DNA of 63,995 nucleotides, counting the filler, from Diploschistes diacapsis (taxonomy: Eukaryota): assembly GCA_023645945.1 (NCBI GenBank). It is 4 parts of 4 records of this genome, joined end to end, with 100 filler letters (N's around TTAATTAATTAA, not from the genome) between each part and the next. Parts side by side here need not be neighbours in the genome. Positions count along the whole stretch, not along the records: positions 16,681 to 33,251 come from JALAIB010000501.1; positions 33,352 to 49,901 come from JALAIB010000502.1; 2 more parts are not named here. One strand, written 5' to 3'. Under the pieces are notes generated by a model, which saw nothing but the letters and a program-made list of their open reading frames with translations, searched no databases and was not told where the DNA came from. Of the stretch, positions 24,258 to 35,108 are shown one piece after another (positions within the stretch are counted from its first letter, which is position 1; each line of letters opens with the position of its first letter). The translations under genes were made by a program, and so were the position numbers.

Positions 24258-25824
24258 GTTGCTGGGACCACGATAGTTATCTGTGAGGACGTGTCGACTA
24301 GCACGCACAAGGAGGGTTTCGGAAGAGTGTATCTGCATTTTTTACCTCTGTAGAGGATGGTTGGTGCAATTGCAGATACCGTTATCTATCCACAATAATA
24401 ATCGTTTGCTATCATGCCCGCCGTTTCTTCTCTCACGATCCTGTTGCACAATTGTCCATACTGCCGTCGATCCCCTGTCTGGACCTCCTGAATCCGTGGA
24501 AGCGCATACACGCTAACTAAATCTATAGTCTGCGTCTAGAAGGGATCCATCCCGTACTGGGCAACAAGTCATAATAACTTGAACGCCAACGCCGACTCCG
24601 ACCCCGTGCCGTAGGGTACTCCGGCACTCAAAAGCCAAAAGCCAAGCCGTCCCTTCAAGTGCATTCGCACAATGATTGGGTGCGTACCGGCTGGCGGAAT
24701 CCCCTTCCGCACCCCTTACAAAGCAGGCCGCAAACGGCCCGCCGTGAGTCATCTTTACCGGGCATCCACCCATCCCATCTATCCACACACACACTTCATG
24801 TTGTTAGGTTTCAAACCACGGCCGGTGTCGGTGTCGGTGTCGGCTGCTCCTTGAATTGTGTCACTAGCAAGGGGTTCACGCCGGGGCCGAGTCAGGGGCG
24901 CGTTTACAAAGCCGTTATTAGCGTATGTATCTATCCACTTTGTGCTTTTGTAGGACATACGTTGTAACTTGTAATACGTACTGTGCAGGGCTGAGGATGC
25001 ATTCGGAAGTTGACGTTATGTACTGACTGGACACTGGACAACCGGACCACTGGACAACTGCTGACTTTTGAGGCTTTGATTCTTGAGAATATCTGCGCCT
25101 CGATTGCGGTTTGAGGATGACGTGACTCTCGCTGTGGTAGTTAGCAATGACTAGCATCAGAAGAGTTATAGCTTGTACCATGTGGTAGATAACCCGTAGT
25201 CTAAACGGTCTGCAGGGGACAAGCAACGTGAGGCAAGCTGTATTCTACCGCTTTTCTTCTGCATACTGTCAAATGTCAAAGGTCAAATTCAGTCTTCAGT
25301 CTCTTTGTTCCCAGAGAAGAATTGTCAATGTGTCAATCCTCTGTCAAAGATCGCGCTTAGTAATACTAACCTTCCACTAGTTAAAGCATTATTGAAACCC
25401 ACTGGCAAGTTCTTTTCTCGAACTCTTTCGGGTTATGGGCCATGTGCACGAATGACTCTCGTTTGATAAGATGATCCTCTCATCCTTCAATAGTGATCAA
25501 GTCCTTAATACTATGCTCGCTTCTATGTTAGCTCCAATGTCCTGCCGCAAGAAATCACTTCTCCTTTCTTTGTCCGTTCCGTCGCTACTTCTGACAACGA
25601 CTTTGCATAGCCGAGACTGAATACATCTGTCCTGGACAACACCTGCTGCAATTGTGTCGGTCGTTGTGCCAGCCGGGACCTTGCATATCACGTGTCCTGA
25701 ACGGTAGTATGTGGATGATCCACTACGAACTCCTATCTTGGCTCACAGAGGCACACACCGTCATACCCTCCCATCTTTCTCCCTGCTCGTTATCCTTACC
25801 TCTTGAAAGCTCTCTCCAACGGCA

Positions 25825-27563
25825 ATGTCTGCTGCCATGCTGACAATGGCGGCGGACAACGTCGATTCTCGCAGGCGGGCGAGTTTGGCCATGCTCAGCA
25901 AGAACAAGCCGGTTGTTGACATCCAGCTCGATGATGTACAAGAAGACACATGCGTGCCATCTTTCACTACCCTTGAACAGATCAAAGGAGTTGCCACAAT
26001 CCTAAGCCCAGTCGATACCCCTTATGACGGCCTCCATGTCACGTTCCAAGGGAGCGCGAGGACCTATGTCGAGAAGCTCGCTACTTCGGCGCCTACGAGT
26101 CCAAAAAGATCGGCCTTCCACACATTCCTTCGACTTTCACAGCCTCTAAATGAGGAAGATCTCCCAGACGACAAGGTTTTGAAGGCGGATGTCTCCTACC
26201 GCTTGTCCTTCACGTTTGTCGTACCCGAACGCCTTTTGCCCCAAGCATGCAGCCACCCAACTCAACATACATCGATCAACGAGGCGCATTTGGCCCTGCC
26301 GCCCAGTCTCGGAGATCCAATGATGGCTGGTGATGGGAAGCATCTGCTCGATGACATGGCTCCGGATAATATGCGCGTGTCGTACGGTCTTAGGGTATTT
26401 GCACTCAAGAAGATGGACGAGTCTGCAAGGCCGAAGATGATGTTCGACAGCATCAAGAAGGTTAGGATTGTTCCTGCGGTGTTGGAGGCTCCTCCTCTTC
26501 GGGTTTTGGACAACCGCGACGACGATTACATTCTTTCTTGCACCAAGACCATAAAGAAGGGAGTGTTCAAGGGCAAGCTAGGCTCTCTCACTGTTAACGC
26601 TGCACAACCCTCGCCTTTCTTTCTGCGGAAGCCGAGCTCAACAGACCATTCGCCAGTATCAGCAATGGCGAACGTCAACGTACGTTTCGAACCGGCAGAG
26701 AATTCTTCGAAGCCACCCAAGCTGGACACACTTATATGCAGGCTGAAGGTGGCCACGTTCTATGGCTCAAAACCCATGGAGGTCATACCAACAAGAGCGC
26801 ATGCTTTTCAGTACGACTCGAGTCGCGGCATCTACGTGGATACAGTACCTCTCTCCCATCGGTGAGCCTTTCGATCCCGTCAATGCCGTTGGTCATTGTT
26901 TGTCTAATACAAGGTGGTAGGTGCATAGAGTCAGTTCAGTGGACGAGGCATGAGGCATCGGCACGTGGCTCGGAAACGTCGAAGACACACAGCACTCCGT
27001 CCATGTCAGACACCGCCGGAAAAAGCAAGAAGAAGCGATCAAAGAAGGATCAGCCAGATCCAAAGACTCTGCCTTTCTACACAGCATCGGTTCTCTTGCC
27101 TATTTTGCTTCCAAGTACAAAATCTTTTGTACCTACATTTCATTCCTGCTTAATCTCCCGCCTCTATCTACTTGATATCGTCCTGGCTGTTCTTTCTTCA
27201 GCTACCGCATCCGGTCTAGTTTCTGTCTCGACCACCAATCTACACCTAAAAAGTCCCATCCAGATTGCAGCACGCGGCAATGCGGATGCGAGACCAGTCA
27301 TCTCTGCTGAAGAGGCTGCCAGCATTGCGAGACGGGAAGCAGATGGATACTTCCTGCCACGCACAATAAGCCCGCTCGACTCTGAATCAGCTTCGCCAGT
27401 GCAGATCCCGGAGTCGAGCAGGGGCGCCAGAGGGAGTATCTTTACGCCGCGTTGGGGAAGTATAACGGAAGCGGGAAGCGGAGAAGAAGAAGACGAAAGC
27501 GAAGGCCCACTTCCTCCTCGGTACACTGGATACGTCCGACCGGGACTTATAATGACGGATTGA
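25825..27563 (+). CDS. Alpha-arrestin / Bul1-like ubiquitin-ligase adaptor
   Basis: Intron 26862-26920. Contains HTFLRLSQP, FTFVVPERLLPQAC, HLALPPSLGD, DDMAPD and FVPTFHSCLISRLY, plus a C-terminal PPxY (PPRY) motif. Confidence 0.85.
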
Positions 27564-28607
27564 GGAACCTGAAATTATTGTTTAGGGGCACCACACAGGG
27601 TTTACTTTGTTGCTGCCACATGTTTATGGCGTTTCGTTGGCCGCAGGTAAATTTTTAAGGGTTTGTCTGAGGATTTGGCGTCGAGGTCACTGGACCACGA
27701 GGGAGATCGACACCCACATGGCGCGTTTTGAAGATTTGCTGCTTCAAAACTACCTACTGAAGCATAAAGATATGCCACACAGAGCCTAAAATGGGCTTCA
27801 GAGACTTGCATCTAAAGACATAGGAGCTTAGGTACAGTACTCGAGGTAGCCAGCCACTGGATAGACGATCATGAAAATTGGGTCACTTGATCGTAACCAC
27901 AGAGCAATGACGAGGTGTTAATGATATTGTCGCAATTATGTGTCCCAAACATTATTGATAGATATATGTAGCATAAAGGTGAAAACGACCTTGTGAAATT
28001 TTTACGCTGTTGCTCGCTTTCGGAGTTTTTTCGTTTCCCCCAGCAGCCTTTGCTTACCCAATGAATGCTATGGACTCTTCCTGCTCCTTCACACTTCTTC
28101 AGCCGCTCCTGCAATCCCAAAGTCTTCTCTCGAGAACCTTCCGCGTTCAGCGGCTACGGTGGCTTGAAAGTAGATCTTTGACCCGCTCTCGCCCTTTCTC
28201 AGCCTTACATCGCCGCCCTGTCTCGTCGAGCAATATCGGGCGGAGTCGCCGGTGGCATTCACCATATACCGCTTCATAGGCGATTTTCAGGCAAATGATC
28301 TGGTCGACTCGAATATTTATAGAGGAATTGTGAGTTGCGGATGGGAATTAATTTTCATTTAATGTCAACTATGGCCGAAGAACTCCTCAGGCATCTCATT
28401 ATACCATCCAAGTCCGATTCTCGGTTCTGCAGTTCTCCTGCAACATCTCTGAAACCGGTCAATTCTTTCTATCAAAATTCATATAGTCTTTCTTCTCAGC
28501 CTCCTTCTCTGGAACCCGACTTACGCCATGCCAGTCGAGTCAAACGCTCCAACGCCGCGAGCGACCCAGCGGGAAAGCATTATCAGATCAACAGCTTCAA
28601 CTACAAT

Positions 28608-30072
28608 ATGGCGGATGAGCTGCGAGAACGAATACCCATGCCGTCTAACGAGGACAGTTATTATTCCGCAACCAGCGCGCCATCTATGCAGCCGACAAAT
28701 TCAACTCAGCAGACCACTGGCAGCAACCAGCCATCTCAAAGGCTGGACATGGTCGATGTAGACGCCTTCCTTCAACAGAACGCACAGCTCCTGGATCATG
28801 TCGATTTTAAAAGTAAATCAGAGCCCAGTAGTGTCACCCTAGCCGTGTCAAAGACTGATGCAACCAATCCAGAACCGCGCGAGTCAAGGGCCTATGATTC
28901 ATTCGCCGGAGCAGGAGAGGGCACGACTCGCTCCGCCACTATCACAGGTCTTTTTGTGCACGAGTGCCAATCTCGCGGCTTGAGCCCAGTATGGGATATC
29001 AAGGAACATCCTCAAAGGTTTGGCGGAGCCGTGAGATTTATCGGCACGGTCACCATAGCGAACCAGACGCTAGAGTTGAAGGAGGCTCAGCCGAGCAAAA
29101 AAGATGTAAGGGCATTGCTTGCGAGGATGGCATTGCCTGTTGCGGAGGCCACGAGCAAAGTTGGCCACGGAGCGAATACAGCTGGAGGAGAGAAAAGCGA
29201 AGATATAAACTGGATAGGGAAACTTCTAGGTGAGTGGAGCTCTTTCCCAGCCTACAAACCTCAACAAGAGGCTCTTTGAGGCTGCGATGTGCGCATCTAG
29301 TTCCATTGGTCTCTCTGCCGATAGGAGTGTTGACTTTACTCAAGAATGGAACAACTCCCTGCCTTTCTCCAATCGTATGCTGGACTATACCGAATATTCA
29401 CCACCACCTCATTCCTCCGGTTTTGTAGCTACTGTAACGATAGCCATTCCTGCTGGACCCTCTTCGACGACTCGAACCTTTGGTTCTACAGAGGATACGT
29501 TCCCAAGTAAGAAGGCGGCCAAGGCAGCGGCCTCGAAAGTCGCAGTGCAGCATCTTATCAGCATCGGCCAGCTGGCCACCGATGGCTCGGTCGCCAAGAA
29601 GTCCAAGGGACCAGCACCGAACCTGGCTACCTTTCCGAACCCAACAGAGCAACACAGTCATGAAGCACAAGCAGCATCGGCTGATGTAAGCCCAGCCTTC
29701 TCGAATCGCGTGCCCGCCCTTGCACACCTACTAGGCTACTCTCCGCCTACATACAACTTCACGCCAACGAACCCCGAACTACCGGGTTCAGCATTCTGGG
29801 ATTGCGCGGCTTCTTTCCCGCCCATCACCGGTCTAATGACTCCGTTCGCCGTGGCGAGAAACGTCTATGGTAAGAGACACGCAAAGGAGGAGTGCGCGCG
29901 AGAGGTCTGCATGATGCTGGAAGAAATAAAAGACAGAAAACTCAGAGCAGCTGGCTTCCTACCAGAAGCAAGAGACGAGAGAGCGCACGCAGAAGAAGTC
30001 GAGACCCAGCCGGAGGAGGGGTTGGGAAAGGGGCTGGATAAAGTAATGGATGCGGTTATGGGAGATAAGTAG
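28608..30072 (+). CDS. Protein with about three dsRNA-binding-motif-like domains and no catalytic domain
   Basis: Probable ATG at 28608 and intron 29230-29344 (NWIGKLL|EW). Three dsRBM-like units end in PSKKDVRALLARMA, FPSKKAAKAAASKVAV and YGKRHAKEECAREV. Confidence 0.75.
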
Positions 30073-31306
30073 GAGAAAAGCATTCGCTCTGGCGCCCACG
30101 AGGTGGGGAAGACGGGCGGGCAACGGCGGTTTCCATCGCCGGAGCAGGGACCGAGGAACGGAGTCTTGTACGCAGCACGCCTCTTTAACGGAAATACTCT
30201 CTAAGTTTCGCGGAGGGCAGGAGGCTTGGCTGCCATGGAAGCGGGAAGCCATCCGTTCCTGATACGAAAGCTATTGATATGGGTTTGCAAGGGTAATCTC
30301 GGTTGTAGCTAGGTATGGTAAATAAAAGGTTTCCGTTGGAGGAGGACCGTCTGCAGAGTTGAGCGCCAAGGAAGCAAAACCACTCGCCTCTTTCTTTTTT
30401 CTTCTTTTTTTCTTTACTCGAGGGTCTTTAGCGCGACACACTTCTCTATCAGATCCCAGAGCTTCGATAATACCTACCCAGTAACTACCTGTACCCTTGG
30501 AACCAACCGTTGGATGATTGGACAAAGTGCGTCCGACCACCCCCTCCAACGCGGGGTGGGTTGGTTTGAAGGATCAACGTTATGATATGAGATGATTGAT
30601 TCTGTTTTGTCGGACCTGCTAACCTAATAACCTAAGTCGATGATGTGTTATCGTTGATACGCCGAGAGTAGCTAAGCAACTGGGTGGGATCCAGGATGCC
30701 AAGCCTGGAGTGAAGAGCCGTCGGGAAGTTGCAGTAATGGGTAGAATATCGAATTTACGATTTTTTATCTTTTAACGAAATATCCAACCGGGCGCTGCAA
30801 GTCACGGCCAGTGGCGAACGTCCTGCAAAACACAAAACACAAAACACCCTTCCCTGGGCGTCTGTCTGTCACCGGATCTACTTTGTCTCAGCAGCGCCGA
30901 AAGCAGTCCTTCTCCCGTTTGGCCACTCGCTCACCCACAACTCACCCCATCCTTATCTTCCGTGTTGAAGGCCAAGATGCCCAGACCGGTCGAGCAAGCC
31001 TTGGAGGCCTTAGCCAATGGCTAGCTTGCAAAACCATTCTTTGAATCTATTCTCGAAAGACTTTGGATCGAGACCACAAACGTTGTCTTGCCACGCAAAG
31101 CCCCTGTCCACCTCCGCAAGCTATACTCCGTAAGGATGGCCGAATGCATCCATCTGGAGAGATCCTACTCTCTTTATCTCAGATGAAGGCCCCCTCAATA
31201 ATAATGTAGCCCGCTTTGTCTTTCTTCTCTTTCGTCTTTTGTTTTCTTCTTCTTCGAGTCTGAAAGCCTTCCTACATTGTTTTGCGATACTCATCGTCAG
31301 CGCAAT

Positions 31307-33249
31307 ATGCCTGGAAACATCGACGATGCAGCCATTGGCGCGAAACATGATATTGCCCTGGCAATCGGGCCTGACGAGCAGCACCGGAAAGGCTCAGTCG
31401 CACACGAGATCGAGTTGCCTCCGGTGTACGAGGGCAAAGGCACGCTGACAACTGCCATGATCGGCGAAGATTTCCCGAACGAAGAAGAGATACTCACACT
31501 CCGCCGCGTCCCGGACAAAATCCCCATCAAGGCATATACTGTCGCCTTTGTAGAGCTTTGCGAACGGTTTTCCTACTACGGAACCGCTCAAGTCTGTGAG
31601 TCAAGAAGGTCGATCTCATGTTCTTTTAGTACTTTATGCTCACTCCCCTCAAAGACGTCAACTTCATCCAAAGGGCTCTTCCTGACGGATCGACGACCGG
31701 AGCCGTACCAGATGCCAACAACAATCCAAACGCATCCCCGGGAGCCCTCGGCATGGGGCAGCGAGCTTCGACGGGTCTTACAACATTCAATTCTTTCTGG
31801 ATATACTTGGTCCCTCTATTCGGAGCCTACGTTGCCGATACATATCTTGGCCGCTACAACACCATCATCATTGCCATTGCAATCACTCTAGTTGGACACG
31901 TGATCCTCGTCGCGTCTGCGGCGCCTACTGTCATCGCCCACCAGCCCAGCGCCCTTGCTGCCTTCATCATTGGCCTGATTATCATGGGTTTAGGAACCGG
32001 AGCGTTCAAGCCCAATATTTCCCCACTGGTTGCGGAACAGCTGCCGCAGGACACTATGAGAGTCGCCACTACCAAGAAGGGCGAGCGCGTTATCGTCGAT
32101 CCCGCGACGACGGCCACGAGAGTCTACATGTACTTCTACCTTTTCATCAACATCGGCGCGCTCGTCGGCCAGATTGGCATGACGTACGCTGAGCGCTATG
32201 TCGGCTTTTGGCTCTCCTACCTGCTTCCTACGCTGATCTTCTGTCTCTGCCCGGCGGTTATGTGGTACGGCCGCAAAATATACAAGCGCACGCCCCCGCA
32301 GGGCAGCGTTCTGGGCAAGTCCTTCCGTCTGTGGCTCTTTGCTCAGAAAGGCAGATGGTCCCTGAACCCGATTACCACGCACAGGCGTCTCCACGATGAC
32401 TCCTTCTGGGAGAACGTCAAGCCCTCCAAGATCGACCCCGCACGCCGACCGAAGTGGATGACCTTCGACGACGCCTGGGTGGACGAGGTCGGTCGCGGTT
32501 TTGCCGCCTGCTCCGTCTTCCTCTGGCTTCCTCTCTACTGGCTCACGTACAATCAAATCAACAACAATCTGACGTCCCAAGCCGCGGTGATGACGCTCAA
32601 CGGCGTCCCCAACGACGTGGTCAACAACCTCGACCCTTTCGCCCTGATCATCCTCATTCCCATCTTCGACATGCTCATCTACCCAGGACTGCGCAAGGCG
32701 GGCATCAACTTCAGCCCCATCAAGAAGATCGCCTTTGGCTTCTGGCTGGGTACCGCTGCCATGATCTGGGCCGCCGTGACGCAGCAGTATATTTACTGGC
32801 AGTCGGACTGCGGCTACGACGCGGGCGAGTGCGACACCGTCGTCGGCATCAACGTGTGGGCGCAGACGGGCGCCTACATACTCATCGCCGTCTCGGAGAT
32901 CTTCACGTCCATCACGGCGCTCGAGTATGCCTTCTCCAAGGCGCCGCGCAACATGCGCTCGCTCGTCATGGCCTTTAACCTGTTCATGAGCGCCATCGCG
33001 GCCGCGCTCGGCGAAGCGTTTGTCTATCTGGCCAACGACCCGTTGTTGGTCTGGAACTATGGCGTTGCGGCCGTGCTGTCGTTCTTGGGCGGCGTGGGGT
33101 TCTGGTTCACGTACAGGAAGCTGGACAGGGACGAGGATAGGCTCAATACGCTGCCGACAGGACACTTGGGCACGGCGACGGAGGCGGCGCATATTGAGGA
33201 GGGGAAGAGGGCGAGCGTGGCGGACGAGAAGGTGGCGGCGGAGGGGTGA
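31307..33249 (+). CDS. PTR2: POT/PTR2 proton-dependent oligopeptide transporter
   Basis: Intron 31596-31654. Contains ELCERFSYYG (ExxERFxYY), GAYVADTYLGRY, GTGAFKPNIS, YFYLFINIGAL and EYAFSKAPRNMRS. Confidence 0.95.
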
Positions 33250-33251
33250 GC

Positions 33252-33351
33252 NNNNNNNNNNNNNNNNNNNNNNNNNNNNNNNNNNNNNNNNNNNNTTAAT
33301 TAATTAANNNNNNNNNNNNNNNNNNNNNNNNNNNNNNNNNNNNNNNNNNNN
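33252..33351. other. Artificial contig linker / assembly gap
   Basis: N44-TTAATTAATTAA-N44. Confidence 0.97.
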
Positions 33352-34760
33352 ACACCCACCAATCCAGCCCCGCCCACACCACCATCCCACCGCACCATAT
33401 CCCGGCAAAAGCCGCCCACGTCTGCGGCACGCCCAGGACCTCACGGCACCATTCCAGCGTCGTCAGCGCGAAGGCGCCCAGCGCCATGGCGACCAGGGAC
33501 TCGGTGCCCGGCTCGACGAGCGTGGCGGCGGGGACCGTGAACTTGCGGACGCGCAACCAGCGCGTGCGGCGCGCCGCGTAGGTGGCGACGGGGAGGTGCG
33601 ACAGCGGCTGGATGCAGGGCGGGCACGGGAGGAGGGCGTGGTTGCCCCATGAGAAGGTCGTTTTGGCTGGGGGTGGAGACGGAGATGACGAATCCGCCTG
33701 CTCCGTTGTGTGTGCTGTGGGGGGAGCGTGGCCTTCGAGCAGGGCCCGCTGCCGAACGTGCTCGGGCACGGGACTCTTCCAGAGCAGGTCGCCGATCAGG
33801 TGGTCCTCGCAGATGTTGTGGGAGAAGAAGTCGATGCCGGGACTTTGAACGTGGGCGGCTTCGAGGGAGGGTGGTTGGGTCAGGGCGTCGAGGTGGGAGC
33901 GGCGAAACATGTTGGATTTGCCGACTGTGCAGGGTGCAACGGCGACGGTGGAGATGGCGGTGTAGAATTTCGCGTGCGAGGTTGAGAGGAAGAGCTCTTC
34001 CAGGAGGCCGCCGCCGTTTTTGAGGCTGAGGAATGGGAAAGGATGAGCTGGCGCTGGCTTGGAGAGTTTGGTTTGTTGCGAGGGTGGAGCTAGGTGCGAG
34101 ACGTCCACGGCTAGGGGCAGCTGGTGCACAAATTTGTACTTTCGTTTCCGCTTGCTCGCGCTGTGGCTGATGCCGCAGAGAAGGTCCACCATTAGCCCCG
34201 TCACGCTGGGCGAGATCCAGACGTTGCAGTCAGCTATCCAGATGATATCGCCCTTGGCCTCTCTGTATGCCCTGCTCATGTTGCGGATCTTGGGGTTCGG
34301 ACCCAGGTTGTTCTCCCTTCCATGTTGGTGCAGAAGATTCGGGTCTTCCTCCTCGATGAGGACTCGGGCGTCGAAATCCGGGAAATCGGCGATCAGCTGC
34401 GAGAGGATCGGGAAGGCGGGATCGGAACGGGAGGAGACGCAGAAGTAGATGGTCAGCCTTAGGGTAGGGTAGCTTTGCTTGAAAGTAGAGGCAAGGCAGT
34501 CATAAAGGTAAGGCTCAACGCCTTTGACGGGGCGGATGAGCGTGACATGAGGCACTGCAGGGAGTGATAGGGTAGGAGATATAGGAGTTTGGGAAGGTGA
34601 AGCATAGTGACGATATCTAGAAACCTTGATTAGCGGCCAGACTCCATATGCAGACTTGAAGCCCAGAGTCAACTTACAGTACCAGCGTGCCAATCACTAT
34701 GACTACTAGTATGACCGTGTACCACACCAAGGCAACCGCTGCGAGGCTCTGAACCCACAT
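33352..34760 (-). CDS. GCS1: Ceramide glucosyltransferase (GT21), 3'-truncated by the gap
   Basis: Exon 1 MWVQSLAAVALVWYTVILVVIVIGTLVL is an N-terminal TM segment. Intron 34617-34677. Contains IRPVKG, NPKIRNM, WIADCNV, GKSNMFRR, CEDHLIG and RRTRWLRVRK. Confidence 0.9.
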
Positions 34761-35108
34761 TGAGGATGCATCGTTCAGGTCGCTGCAGGATTGGCATTTT
34801 CAAATTTGGAGGTTTTCGGAAATGGCTTTTCCACATTTGTGGGTATTTATTTCTACATCCATCAAAGGCATACCTTTGTATTACAATATGATATACGTCG
34901 ATCAACAAAGTACTTCACAGCTTCTATACTTTCTATGGGAAACCTAGAGACTTCTGACCTCGAAGCGGATCATCAATATTGGCCAATGCCACATATGCAC
35001 GCTATGCATGAAATGAGCTGCTCTACAAACCGTAATGTCTGCTTCCCCATTTAATAACATCATAAGACCCTTCACGTTCTCGTCAATACAGTTTCAGTGG
35101 CCTACCAC

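Noticed and set aside
31990..33192. 400-codon antisense ORF over PTR2 (similarly 17462-18379, 50780-51769, 38951-39769, 44802-45527)
   Set aside because: These are shadow ORFs expected from GC-rich, biased codon usage of the real gene, and they show no protein motifs.
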